From: a virus
Length of the DNA stretch: 51,627 nt
Reading direction: 5' to 3' (one strand)
IMG/VR virus record: IMGVR_UViG_3300031994_000147
Position 1 is the first letter of the stretch. Each line of letters begins with the position of its first letter. Position numbers and translations under genes: made by a program. Under the pieces are notes generated by a model, which ran no database searches, had not been told where the DNA came from, and was given only the letters and a program-made list of their open reading frames with translations. This document shows positions 6,180-15,664 of the stretch, piece by piece.

Positions 6180-6776
6180 TTAGGCTAAGTAGAAGTCATC
6201 ATCCTCGACAGCGGTATTGTCCTGCACAGGTTCATCAAAGTTAGCAGGATCCTCGTATACCGGTTCATCGTACACAGGTTCATCTATCTGCACATTGTCA
6301 GACAAGTTTGTCTGGATAAAGCCAACGTCATTGTTCCACTGAATGACGTTCCAGTGTTCGTTTACGTAGCCTACGCACACAACTACGTCCCCGGCTTTGA
6401 TCTCGCCTATCTGTTCAGATTCTATCGTGGGTGCAGCATAGACGTGTCTGCCTGCGCCTATCGCGAGGTTCGTAGTAGATGCGCTCGGGTGCCACTCTGT
6501 GTTAAACGTGGTGACCTCTGGTTTCTCTTCCGCGGGAGCTGTTGTAGTCTCTGCCTTTGAGCTGTCCTCTGACTTGGAATCAGGCTCCGATTCAACAGCA
6601 GCCGTTGTTGTCGTGGTTTCCTCCGGCTCTGAATCAGGCTCGGATTCAACGGCAGCTGTTGTCGTAGTCACTGTGGTTGTTGTCGTGCTCTGCTGCTTAT
6701 CGGCAGCACCGGTGTTTGAACCGCACGCCGTAAGGCAGCACGCTAAAATAATAACTGCAAAATACTTTTTCATCAT
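6180..6776 (-). CDS. Secreted lipoprotein with Thr/acidic repeat linker and SH3b-like C-terminal domain, 198 aa
   Basis: Signal peptide plus lipobox MMKKYFAVIILACCLTAC-GS. Internal repeat TTTTAAVESEPDS occurs twice. SH3_3-like VYAAPTIESEQIGEIKAGDVV...WNVIQW. Confidence 0.8.
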   Translation of the reverse strand: MMKKYFAVIILACCLTACGSNTGAADKQQSTTTTTVTTTTAAVESEPDSEPEETTTTTAAVESEPDSKSEDSSKAETTTAPAEEKPEVTTFNTEWHPSASTTNLAIGAGRHVYAAPTIESEQIGEIKAGDVVVCVGYVNEHWNVIQWNNDVGFIQTNLSDNVQIDEPVYDEPVYEDPANFDEPVQDNTAVEDDDFYLA

Positions 6777-6820
6777 AAAGATACCTCCCTATAATTCTTT
6801 CATTGTTTAGATTTTCTTAA

Positions 6821-7516
6821 CTATAAAGCTTTTATGACTTGTTGAACAAGTCCAACTATCTTGACATTGGCGAGCTCCGCGCCTTGAAGTATTCTCGGTG
6901 GGTACTCAGGATTGAATGAAGTGAGCTCTAACCGCTCTCCGTCAAAGTTCACTCGCTTGACAACGGCATCGTCACCGATCATCACAACAGCTATCCTGCC
7001 ATTGTCAACACATTCCTGCCGTCGGACAACTATTCTGTCACCGTCCTCTATCTTCGGGTACATGGATTGTCCGCGGACTGTGATGCAGATCGTGTCCTCT
7101 ACATCGAAGTCATTCTCAATATACAGCGGAATGTATTCCACTATATCACTGCTTGCGTAAGCTCCGAAGCCTGCTGCAACACTGTTGAAAACAGGTATCA
7201 TGTGAATTTTCTCCTGCGGGAGAACAGCAGCAACGTTAGAGCTGACTTTCGTTTCCGGTAGATTATCAGGAGCTCCGTGGTACTCACCTACATCATCTGA
7301 CTTCAAGGCTAACCACTCAGGGCTGACGTTAAGCTGCTGTGCCATAGCTTCAAGTATAGGTAGCTTGATCTTAGCGACTTTCCCTGCTTCATATCTCTGG
7401 ATAGTAGACTTGTTGAAGCCTAAAGGACTGCCCAGTGCTTCTTGTGTCATGCCGAGTTCTTCACGGCGCTTCTTTATTCTTTTGCCTATTTCAACGTTCT
7501 TTTCCACTAGGTTCAC
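6821..7516 (-). CDS. cI: CI-like repressor: XRE HTH plus LexA/S24 autopeptidase domain (probable true start GTG at 7507)
   Basis: HTH is GMTQEALGSPLGFNKSTIQRYEAG. S24 motifs are GQSMYP (Ser) and VVKRV (Lys). The GGGGG RBS lies 8 nt before the GTG at 7507. Confidence 0.9.
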   Translation of the reverse strand: MNLVEKNVEIGKRIKKRREELGMTQEALGSPLGFNKSTIQRYEAGKVAKIKLPILEAMAQQLNVSPEWLALKSDDVGEYHGAPDNLPETKVSSNVAAVLPQEKIHMIPVFNSVAAGFGAYASSDIVEYIPLYIENDFDVEDTICITVRGQSMYPKIEDGDRIVVRRQECVDNGRIAVVMIGDDAVVKRVNFDGERLELTSFNPEYPPRILQGAELANVKIVGLVQQVIKAL

Positions 7517-7549
7517 CCCCTTTCATTATAAGCATTATAACACAAAAAA

Positions 7550-7658
7550 TTGCAAAACGCAATATCTTTTTTGAAAAAATAAAAAAAAGTTGCAAAATGC
7601 TATTGACAAATCGAAAAATGTGTGGTATATTAGAAGCATAGAAAGTTGCAAAACGCAA
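7550..7658. promoter_or_regulatory. CI/Cro genetic switch: three TTGC-N5-GCAA operators and divergent promoters
   Basis: Operators TTGCAAAACGCAA (7550-7562), TTGCAAAATGCTA (7590-7602) and TTGCAAAACGCAA (7646-7658). Rightward TTGACA (7603-7608)-17-TATATT (7626-7631) with upstream TG. Leftward TTGCGT-17-TATAAT overlaps the 7550 operator. Confidence 0.8.
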
Positions 7659-7684
7659 CGCAAACAGAAAGGCAGGTGGTAATC

Positions 7685-7891
7685 GTGGTAAACACAAACA
7701 AGATTAAAGGCAGAATGAAAGAGTTGGAGATTACGCAAGCAGATGTCGCTAAATGTCTCGAAATCGCGCAGCCTACAGCTAATCAGAAGATCAACAATGT
7801 AAGACCGTTTGATCTGAACGAAGCAGAAAAACTGGCAGAGCTGCTCAACATCGAAGCGGGCGACTTCGGCTTATATTTTTTTGCCCAGTAA
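7685..7891 (+). CDS. cro: Cro-like XRE HTH protein (start set to GTG at 7685)
   Basis: RBS AGGTGG 5 nt upstream of the GTG. HTH is ITQADVAKCLEIAQPTANQKINN. Confidence 0.75.
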   Translation: MVNTNKIKGRMKELEITQADVAKCLEIAQPTANQKINNVRPFDLNEAEKLAELLNIEAGDFGLYFFAQ

Positions 7892-7892
7892 G

Positions 7893-7905
7893 TTGCATTT
7901 CGCAA
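7893..7905. promoter_or_regulatory. Fourth operator-like palindrome TTGCATTTCGCAA just after cro
   Basis: Same TTGC-N5-GCAA half-sites as the three switch operators. Part of the AGTTGC/GCAACT hairpin. Confidence 0.5.
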
Positions 7906-7936
7906 CTGATATAAAAACCGAAAGGAGAATTAAACC

Positions 7937-8179
7937 ATGATAAAGGCAAAATCAGAACTGTTCAACGGGGGTGCTTCTGTACAGCTTTCGATTAAAGGCT
8001 CAACAAAAGACCTGCTTCTGGAACTGAAAGCACTGTGTGTCGGAGTGTTAGGCTCGGTGGAATTTCCGAAGAAAGCCGGTGGAGAAGCAACACTCAATGA
8101 ACGAATCGCGATACTTTGCGATCTCCTGTATGCGGAGGGCGAGGACGATGACGAATCGGAAAATAAAAGATTTTCATAA
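7937..8179 (+). CDS. Hypothetical protein, 80 aa
   Basis: RBS AAAGGAGAA upstream. Confidence 0.6.
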   Translation: MIKAKSELFNGGASVQLSIKGSTKDLLLELKALCVGVLGSVEFPKKAGGEATLNERIAILCDLLYAEGEDDDESENKRFS

Positions 8180-8753
8180 GAACCGTATCCTTTACAACTG
8201 CATGACCGAGAACGTGCGAAACCTCTGCCGCATAATGCTAGCACTCAACAAGACCTTCCCGAAGCAGTTCTATCCGAAGCGCATAACCGAATGGCTAACT
8301 GCCTACAAGGATAACTGCACGGAGACCAACAAGCTTGATGCGATAGATGCTTACGACTACAAGCTAGAACAATGGTGTGAAGAATATGGCATTGATACCC
8401 AGTGGTGCACCGAGTTCGTAAAGCGTAACTCACCGAGCATCAGATCTCCGCAGAACATCTTAGTTCTCGTGAACAACGTCAAGCTAGCACTTGTTCAGAC
8501 CTGCTCAGAGTTCGGTCTTGGTGACAAACGAATGCAGGAACTGAAAGCGGCTCTGGAAGAAGAACAGCCGAGAGAGCCCGAGAAAGAACTTGCTAAGTTC
8601 GGGCTTGAATATGAGTTCGGTTCGGTCGGTGAAGTAGATTACCGCAGACTTGTACCGGAGAAGAAACAAAAAGTTAACTACGCAGACCTGAAACGCGGCT
8701 ATGAGGGGCTTGCCGCTCTTAAAGCTTATCAGGACAGCGTAATGGGAGGTTAA
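8148..8753 (+). CDS. Hypothetical protein, ~201 aa (start trimmed to MTNRKIKDF; start uncertain)
   Basis: Long ORF. The ATG at 8148 is preceded by GAGGGCGAGGA. Confidence 0.6.
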   Translation: MTNRKIKDFHKNRILYNCMTENVRNLCRIMLALNKTFPKQFYPKRITEWLTAYKDNCTETNKLDAIDAYDYKLEQWCEEYGIDTQWCTEFVKRNSPSIRSPQNILVLVNNVKLALVQTCSEFGLGDKRMQELKAALEEEQPREPEKELAKFGLEYEFGSVGEVDYRRLVPEKKQKVNYADLKRGYEGLAALKAYQDSVMGG

Positions 8754-8759
8754 TGAGAA

Positions 8760-9416
8760 ATGACCAATGAACAGAAAAACCAAGTTGCAGCTATGAATGC
8801 AGCAGGCATGAGTATAGATGAAATACTCATTGACACAGGACTTGACAGGCAGACAGTTACAGACTTCGTAGCTGAGAGAAATGCCTTGAAAGCTAAGAAG
8901 CGGGGCAGAGGTTACGCACCTTCGGCACAGACAAAGCAGGCTATGGTTGAATGGTACCAGAGCGGACACAGCATATGTGCTACTGCTAAGAAGTTCGGCG
9001 TTGACCCTAAGACAGTTAAGGGCGCGATAAGTGCAATAACAGGTGTTGATGTTACCACCAAGAGAACTGCTAAGGAAACCACAAAGGAAACCACTAAGGA
9101 AACCGTAAAGCCCGCTAAGAAGCCTACTAAAGAAAAAGAGCCCGCCACAGCTGCAACTGCGACAGAGCCCGAGAACAAGAATAACACTGTGCAGAACAAC
9201 TCTGCACCTATAAAGAATAACACATTTTCAGAGAAATGTCAAGCCCTTAAAGGCGTAGAAGTGATAGGACTTCTGCAGAGCATGATACTTGCGATAGAAG
9301 AGAACTTCGGCAGCTGTGCCGAGATCAAGTCTCTCAGGGCTGACAGTAACGATGCCGCTATAACATTCGAGTACGGCGGCACAGACTACTCCGTATCATT
9401 CGGAGCTATGTTCTAA
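8760..9416 (+). CDS. Putative DNA-binding protein with two HTH-like segments and a KETT repeat linker, 218 aa
   Basis: The segments MSIDEILIDTGLDRQTVTDFV and SICATAKKFGVDPKTVKGAI resemble resolvase/transposase-type HTHs. A 12-bp repeat AAGGAAACCACn occurs 3 times. Confidence 0.55.
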   Translation: MTNEQKNQVAAMNAAGMSIDEILIDTGLDRQTVTDFVAERNALKAKKRGRGYAPSAQTKQAMVEWYQSGHSICATAKKFGVDPKTVKGAISAITGVDVTTKRTAKETTKETTKETVKPAKKPTKEKEPATAATATEPENKNNTVQNNSAPIKNNTFSEKCQALKGVEVIGLLQSMILAIEENFGSCAEIKSLRADSNDAAITFEYGGTDYSVSFGAMF

Positions 9417-9430
9417 GGCAGGTGTGATGA

Positions 9431-9655
9431 ATGCCTGCTAAGAAGATCACACGTGCAGTGAAGATATGCAGAGCATTCAAGGCTGCACAGATAAGCAAAG
9501 GATATACTCAGGCAGATATTGCTAAACGGCTAGGAGTGAACAGATCGACCGTATCACGATGGTATCACAGTCCCGATGAGATGTCGGTCGGCAGCTTCCG
9601 CTTACTATGCACGGTACTAGCGATAGAGCCTGCGGATATCCTTGCGATAGAGTAA
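9431..9655 (+). CDS. XRE-type HTH protein, 74 aa
   Basis: YTQADIAKRLGVNRSTVSRWY. Confidence 0.7.
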   Translation: MPAKKITRAVKICRAFKAAQISKGYTQADIAKRLGVNRSTVSRWYHSPDEMSVGSFRLLCTVLAIEPADILAIE

Positions 9656-9684
9656 ACAAACCAAAAAACAGGAGGAAATCAGAA

Positions 9685-10254
<570 letters not shown>

Positions 10255-10255
10255 T

Positions 10256-11479
10256 ATGGCAGGCACACACGCTTTTCTGTCTGCATCAAGTGCTCACCGG
10301 TGGCTGAACTGCACAGCGGCTCCTTCGTTTGAAGCACAGTTCCCTAAGACAACGAGCGCATATGCAGACGAAGGCACACTGGCGCACTCAATATGTGAGA
10401 TATACGCTAAGCGCAAGTTCGGTGTGAACCTCGACAGAAAGAAGATAAACGCTGAACTTGCCAAGCTGAAAAGAGCTGAATACTACGACCCCGAAATGCT
10501 TGAAACGGCTACGACATACGTTGAGTATCTCGTGGAAAAGGCTATGTCATTTCCCAACAGTCCTTACGTAGTGCAGGAGATCAAAGTTGACTTCTCCGAC
10601 TACGTACCGCAGGGCTTCGGTACGTGCGACTGTGTGATGATAGGTGACGGCAAACTGCATATCACCGACTACAAGCACGGCAAGGGCGTTAAAGTTGAAG
10701 CGGTGGGCAATCCTCAGATGCGGTTATATGCTCTCGGAGCCCTGAAACACTTCGGCGCGATCTTCGGTGATACGATAAAGACCGTATCAATGGGTATCTG
10801 TCAGCCGCGTATCTCTGAATATCCGTCCGAGGAAGAAATGACCGTTGACGAGCTCAGAGCATGGGGCGAAAGCATCAAACCTCTTGCAGATGCAGCATAC
10901 AACGGCAAGGGTGAGTATCACAGCGGCGCATGGTGTAAGTTCTGTCGCGGTAAAGCCCAGTGCAAAGCACGTGCAGAAGCTAACTCCGCTCTTGCAGACT
11001 TCAAGGACTTTATCACACCTGATAAGGTAGCCCCCGAGATAGCTAAGCTCCCTCAGGAAGCTCGTGCGGCTCTGGGTGTGCCTAATATGCTCACCGATGA
11101 AGAGATCGGCAGTCTGCTGAAACAGGGTGCAGAGCTTGTGAAGTGGTACAGCGATTTGCAGGAATACGCACTCGGTGCAATACTCGAGGGTAAGACAGTG
11201 CCGGGCTTCAAGGTAGTGGCAGGCAAGAGCGCAAGAGCATTCTCCGATGAAGCTAAGGTCTTTGAACTTCTGCGGAATGTGGGCTATACCGATGAACAGC
11301 TCATGGAGCACAAGCCCAAGACCCTTGCAGGACTGGAAAAGGTGATCGGTAAGAAGCAGTTCGGCGCACTGTTGTCCGACTACATCATCAAGCCAATGGG
11401 TAAGCCCACACTCGTTGATGAAAGCGACAAGCGCGAACCGTACAACGCAGCGGCGGCGGACTTTGCAGGGGTGACATGA
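10256..11479 (+). CDS. PD-(D/E)XK nuclease, DUF2800 / Cas4-like
   Basis: N-terminal SASSAHRWLNC. Core motif GDGKLHITDYKHGKG. C-terminal Cys cluster CKFCRGKAQC. Canonical partner of DUF2815 and PolA. Confidence 0.8.
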   Translation: MAGTHAFLSASSAHRWLNCTAAPSFEAQFPKTTSAYADEGTLAHSICEIYAKRKFGVNLDRKKINAELAKLKRAEYYDPEMLETATTYVEYLVEKAMSFPNSPYVVQEIKVDFSDYVPQGFGTCDCVMIGDGKLHITDYKHGKGVKVEAVGNPQMRLYALGALKHFGAIFGDTIKTVSMGICQPRISEYPSEEEMTVDELRAWGESIKPLADAAYNGKGEYHSGAWCKFCRGKAQCKARAEANSALADFKDFITPDKVAPEIAKLPQEARAALGVPNMLTDEEIGSLLKQGAELVKWYSDLQEYALGAILEGKTVPGFKVVAGKSARAFSDEAKVFELLRNVGYTDEQLMEHKPKTLAGLEKVIGKKQFGALLSDYIIKPMGKPTLVDESDKREPYNAAAADFAGVT

Positions 11480-11955
11480 TGGGATATAACTACTATCCAC
11501 ACTGGACTATAAAGCTTGGTGACGGACACATACCTGTTACACAGCCCTATGAGCCTATACGCATTAAGTGGGACACAGGCTTTATGGACGTAGTTCCACC
11601 GGGAGTGTTCGAGATAGAATCCGCTAGCTCCTGCACATCTAAGTTCCGTAATCTCTTGAAGCTCTGCGTTAAGAGCGATATAGTCTACGGAACGAACACC
11701 ATAAGTGCATGGCGTAAAGCTATCAAAGCTGACCTTGACTTCCTGCTCATGGTCAGCGACAAGATAGCCGACAGATACCAAGAGCTGTATGAGGATATCG
11801 TTGACAGCTCTGAGCAGGCAGACAAAAACCGAGCAAGCAAGCTCAGGAACTTGCAGAAGCGTAACACCATAGAGCTGAAAAGGCTCGATGCGCGGCGCAA
11901 GAGAGTAATCAAGTGTTCTCAGATACTCGAAGAGTATGTGAACAAATATATGTAA
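11476..11955 (+). CDS. Hypothetical protein, 159 aa
   Basis: ATGA-type overlap with the upstream gene. Basic coiled-coil C-terminus. Confidence 0.6.
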   Translation: MMGYNYYPHWTIKLGDGHIPVTQPYEPIRIKWDTGFMDVVPPGVFEIESASSCTSKFRNLLKLCVKSDIVYGTNTISAWRKAIKADLDFLLMVSDKIADRYQELYEDIVDSSEQADKNRASKLRNLQKRNTIELKRLDARRKRVIKCSQILEEYVNKYM

Positions 11956-11994
11956 ACCAAAGGAAATCAAAAGTAAACTAGGAGGAAATCAATT

Positions 11995-12771
11995 ATGTAC
12001 AACGGAATTGCAACAAAGGTACTGACAGGCGAGGTAAGACTTTCATATGTTCATCTGGCACAGCCCTACCAGAACAAGCAGGGCGGAGACCCCAGATATC
12101 AGGTAACACTTCTGATACCTAAGACTGACGTAGCAACAAAGGCTGATATCGATGCTTCCATTCAGGCAGCATATGAGGACGGCGTTCAGAACAAGTGGAA
12201 GGGCGCAAGACCTCAGCTGAAAAACGCTCTGATCTATGACGGTGACGGCTGCAAGACAGACGGTACACCTTTCGGTGCAGAGTGCAAGGGTCACTGGGTA
12301 ATCACAGCATCAAGCCCCTCTACAAGGAAACCTCAGGTCGTAGGTATCGACAATGTCAATGTTGAGCTTGCCCCGACAGACATTTACAGCGGTATGTATG
12401 CAAGAGTTACCATTAACTTCTTCTCTTACGATTCACACGGCTCTAAGGGTGTAGGCTGCGGACTGGGCAACGTTCTTAAAATCAGAGACGGTGAGACACT
12501 CAGCGGCGGCGCATCTGCTGCATCTGACTTCGCAGGAATTGGTCAGAGCGTTATCCCTCAGGCGGCTCCGGCACAGCAGCAGGGCTTCACACAACCTATG
12601 AACGGCTTCGCTGCTGCACCTCAGGCTGCTCCCGCTCAGACCTACGCACAGCCCACACAGCAGGCTCCTATCGCAGGTCAGGCTATGGCTATTGGCGGCT
12701 TCGCTCAGACTATGACTAATGGTGGCTATGTTGACCCTATCACCGGTCAGCCTGTTAACGTACCTTTCTGA
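11995..12771 (+). CDS. DUF2815 single-strand DNA-binding-like protein with disordered Q/A/P tail ending NVPF
   Basis: TGEVRLSYVHLAQPY N-terminus typical of DUF2815. The long low-complexity tail and ...PVNVPF tip resemble the bacterial SSB linker and its DDDIPF tip. Confidence 0.75.
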   Translation: MYNGIATKVLTGEVRLSYVHLAQPYQNKQGGDPRYQVTLLIPKTDVATKADIDASIQAAYEDGVQNKWKGARPQLKNALIYDGDGCKTDGTPFGAECKGHWVITASSPSTRKPQVVGIDNVNVELAPTDIYSGMYARVTINFFSYDSHGSKGVGCGLGNVLKIRDGETLSGGASAASDFAGIGQSVIPQAAPAQQQGFTQPMNGFAAAPQAAPAQTYAQPTQQAPIAGQAMAIGGFAQTMTNGGYVDPITGQPVNVPF

Positions 12772-12799
12772 TACACTGCAACAACGATATAGTGATGAT

Positions 12800-12830
12800 A
12801 TGTGTGAGGGAACTATCTCTCACACATTTT
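12800..12830 (+). terminator. Rho-independent terminator after the SSB-like gene
   Basis: ATGTGTGAGGGA-ACTA-TCTCTCACACAT stem-loop followed by TTTT. Confidence 0.7.
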
Positions 12831-12853
12831 CATACGAAGGAGAACATGAGAAC

Positions 12854-13141
12854 ATGAAAACATTAAACGTACAAAGATACGAGTGCGAGGTATGCAAGAC
12901 CATGTATGCAACAGCGGAAGAGGCTGAGAACTGCGAGAAATCGCATACAACTTGTGACTGTGAGAAAGGTTTCAAGTACTATAGACTTGGGTATCTCGAA
13001 CCAGGGTATGACAGCTACGTATCTTCCAGTATCAACTGGGAAGAGAAAGAAATTCAGCTCATATATAACTATCATGGCAGTGTAAGCGTACACGACAGAA
13101 GACCGATAAAGTATTGCCCGTTCTGTGGTAAGGAGCTGTAA
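12854..13141 (+). CDS. Small zinc-ribbon protein, 95 aa (start trimmed to MKTLNVQ)
   Basis: RBS GAAGGAGAA. Cys pairs CEVC...CEKSH and CPFCG. Confidence 0.6.
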   Translation: MKTLNVQRYECEVCKTMYATAEEAENCEKSHTTCDCEKGFKYYRLGYLEPGYDSYVSSSINWEEKEIQLIYNYHGSVSVHDRRPIKYCPFCGKEL

Positions 13142-13142
13142 C

Positions 13143-15155
13143 ATGGGAAACATAAGACACTTGTCAATAGACCTTGAAACCTACTCAGACGTTGATATCA
13201 AAAAGGCAGGTGCACACGCCTATGTACAGCGCCCAGACTTTCAGATACTGCTTAATGCGTACTGCTTTTGGGGCGAAATGAACGAGCCTCAGGTGCTGGA
13301 CTTCTCGGAGGGAAACGTGCTCCCGCAGGGCTTCATTGATGCACTATTCGACCCGAACGTTATCAAGCACGCTTATAACGCTACGTTTGAATATCTCTGC
13401 TTCTGCAGGGCTCTCGGGACAGAACTGCCGAAAGATCAATGGAGAGATACGATGCTGCATTCCCTTTACTGCGGTTATCCTGCATCACTCGATGCAGCAG
13501 GTAAGGCAATAGGACTGTCAGAGGATAAGCAGAAACTGGCAACAGGTAAAGCACTTATACGCTACTTCTGCAATCCATGCAAGCCAACGAGAACCAACGG
13601 CGGCAGAACAAGGAACCTTCCGCAGCATGACCCTGAGAAATGGGCTATGTTCAAAGAGTATAACAGGCAGGACGTAGTCACTGAAATGGAGATAGAGCGG
13701 AGATTATCTGACATACCTGTTCCCGATGAAGTGCAGCGGCAGTGGGTAACTGATCTGACTATCAACTGTCGCGGTGTGGCGGTGGATATGCCATTAGTTG
13801 ACGGAGCACTCGACATAGCTGCCAGAACTACGGAGCGGCTCACAGATGAAGCGGTAAAGCTTACCGGATTAGATAACCCGAATAGCGGTAAACAGCTCAC
13901 AGCATGGCTCTCTGAACACACAGGGACAGATGTAGACAACATTCGTAAGGACACAGTGAGCTCGATGCTGAAAGCAGATTATTCACCCGATGTACACCGA
14001 ATGCTAGAGATCAGGCAGGAGCTCGGAAAGACTTCCACCAAGAAGTACGATGCAATCAGGAACTGTGTGTGCCCCGATGGTAGAGTGCGAGGACTGCTGC
14101 AGTTCTACGGTGCAAACCGTACCGGGCGTTGGGCAGGACGGCTCGTGCAGGTGCAGAACCTTCCGAGAACGTACACAGACCCGCTCCCTCTGGCTAGAGA
14201 ACTTATCAAGAACAAGAGCCTTGACGGCTTGCAGGCAGTATATGGCTCGGTGTACGATACACTGTCACAGCTCATACGAACGGCGTTTGTGTCGTCAAAT
14301 TGTGACAGTAAAGAGGGTAATGTACTGATAGATGCTGACTTCTCCGCTATCGAAGCACGTGTTATATCATGGCTTGCAGACGAGAAGTGGAGACTGAACG
14401 TATTCCGCACACACGGCAAGATCTATGAAGCATCTGCGGCGCAGATGTTCGGCGTACCGATAGATCGTATCAAGAAAGGCAATCCCGAATACGCACTCAG
14501 GGCAAAGGGTAAAGTCGCTGAACTGGCTCTCGGATATCAGGGCGGCGCAGGAGCGCTCATAGCTATGGGAGCTCTTGATATGGGACTGCACGAGGACGAG
14601 CTCCCCGATATCGTCAGCAGGTGGCGTGACAGCAACAACAGAATACAGCAGCTGTGGTGGGACTTCAACTCAGCTGCTATCGAGGTAATCAAGGGCGGCG
14701 GTATGAGAAAGGTGCAGTGCTGCACATTTGCTCTTGAACGTAACCGGGCGGGAACCTACTTCATGACGGTGCAGCTCCCCTCAGGACGTAAGCTGTACTA
14801 CGTAAGCCCGAGAATAGGTACTAATCGTTTCGGCGGCGAAAGTATCATATACAAGGGTATCAACGATAAGAACCAGTTCGCAGATCTTGAGACCTACGGA
14901 GGTAAGCTCGTTGAGAACTGTGTACAAGCCATAGCGAGGGACTGCTTAGCAGTAGCCATTGACCGACTTGAAGCGGCAGGGTACCCGATCGTGTTCCATA
15001 TCCATGATGAAATAATAGCTGATATCAAGCCCTATACATTTGCTGAGGATATGCTTGCAGATGTTGTCAGGATAATGAGCTCCCCAATTCCGTGGGCCCC
15101 CGGTTTGCCGCTTGCAGCTGACGGTTGGGTAGCAACGTATTTCAAAAAGGAGTGA
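13143..15155 (+). CDS. polA: Family A DNA polymerase with 3'-5' exonuclease domain
   Basis: Exo motifs SIDLETYS, YNATFE and YNRQDV. Pol motifs DFSAIEARV (A), RAKGKVAELALGYQGG (B) and HIHDEI (C). RBS AAGGAG before the ATG at 13143. Confidence 0.92.
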   Translation: MGNIRHLSIDLETYSDVDIKKAGAHAYVQRPDFQILLNAYCFWGEMNEPQVLDFSEGNVLPQGFIDALFDPNVIKHAYNATFEYLCFCRALGTELPKDQWRDTMLHSLYCGYPASLDAAGKAIGLSEDKQKLATGKALIRYFCNPCKPTRTNGGRTRNLPQHDPEKWAMFKEYNRQDVVTEMEIERRLSDIPVPDEVQRQWVTDLTINCRGVAVDMPLVDGALDIAARTTERLTDEAVKLTGLDNPNSGKQLTAWLSEHTGTDVDNIRKDTVSSMLKADYSPDVHRMLEIRQELGKTSTKKYDAIRNCVCPDGRVRGLLQFYGANRTGRWAGRLVQVQNLPRTYTDPLPLARELIKNKSLDGLQAVYGSVYDTLSQLIRTAFVSSNCDSKEGNVLIDADFSAIEARVISWLADEKWRLNVFRTHGKIYEASAAQMFGVPIDRIKKGNPEYALRAKGKVAELALGYQGGAGALIAMGALDMGLHEDELPDIVSRWRDSNNRIQQLWWDFNSAAIEVIKGGGMRKVQCCTFALERNRAGTYFMTVQLPSGRKLYYVSPRIGTNRFGGESIIYKGINDKNQFADLETYGGKLVENCVQAIARDCLAVAIDRLEAAGYPIVFHIHDEIIADIKPYTFAEDMLADVVRIMSSPIPWAPGLPLAADGWVATYFKKE

Positions 15156-15162
15156 TGCTTTC

Positions 15163-15660
15163 TTGGGCACGTTTATAGATTTGACAGGCGAAATATTCGG
15201 GTATCTAAGAGTTATCGACAGAGCAGAAAATCATAAGAAGCAGACAGTCTGGCGCTGTAAATGCCGATGTGGTAATGTGGTAAACGTTCAGACAGGGCAT
15301 TTGAGGGGCGGTAAGATCGTTAGCTGTGGCTGCTACAGAAAGAATAACAGCAAAGAAAGGGCAACGATACACGGCAAGAGGTACACCCGACTTTACCAGA
15401 CATGGTTATCCATGCGGCAGAGGTGTACAAACCCAAACAATAAAGATTATCCGCATTATGGTGGTCGAGGGATATCCATTTCCTCTAAGTGGAATAAGTT
15501 TAAGGATTTTGAGAAGTGGGCTCTGGCTAATGGTTACACGGACACATTGACTATTGAGCGAGTTGACGTAAACGGCAATTATTGCCCGGAAAACTGCACA
15601 TGGATCCCGAAATCCGAACAAGCCAAAAATACAACGAGAACATTAAACAATAAGAGGTAA
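15163..15660 (+). CDS. Homing-endonuclease-like / zinc-module DNA-binding protein, 165 aa (TTG start)
   Basis: N-terminal DLTGEIFGYLRV...WRCKCRCG...SCGC module shared with 21425..22138. The C-terminal YQTWLSMRQRCTNPNNKDYPHYGGRGI motif is common in free-standing phage genes. Confidence 0.55.
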   Translation: MGTFIDLTGEIFGYLRVIDRAENHKKQTVWRCKCRCGNVVNVQTGHLRGGKIVSCGCYRKNNSKERATIHGKRYTRLYQTWLSMRQRCTNPNNKDYPHYGGRGISISSKWNKFKDFEKWALANGYTDTLTIERVDVNGNYCPENCTWIPKSEQAKNTTRTLNNKR

Positions 15661-15664
15661 AACA

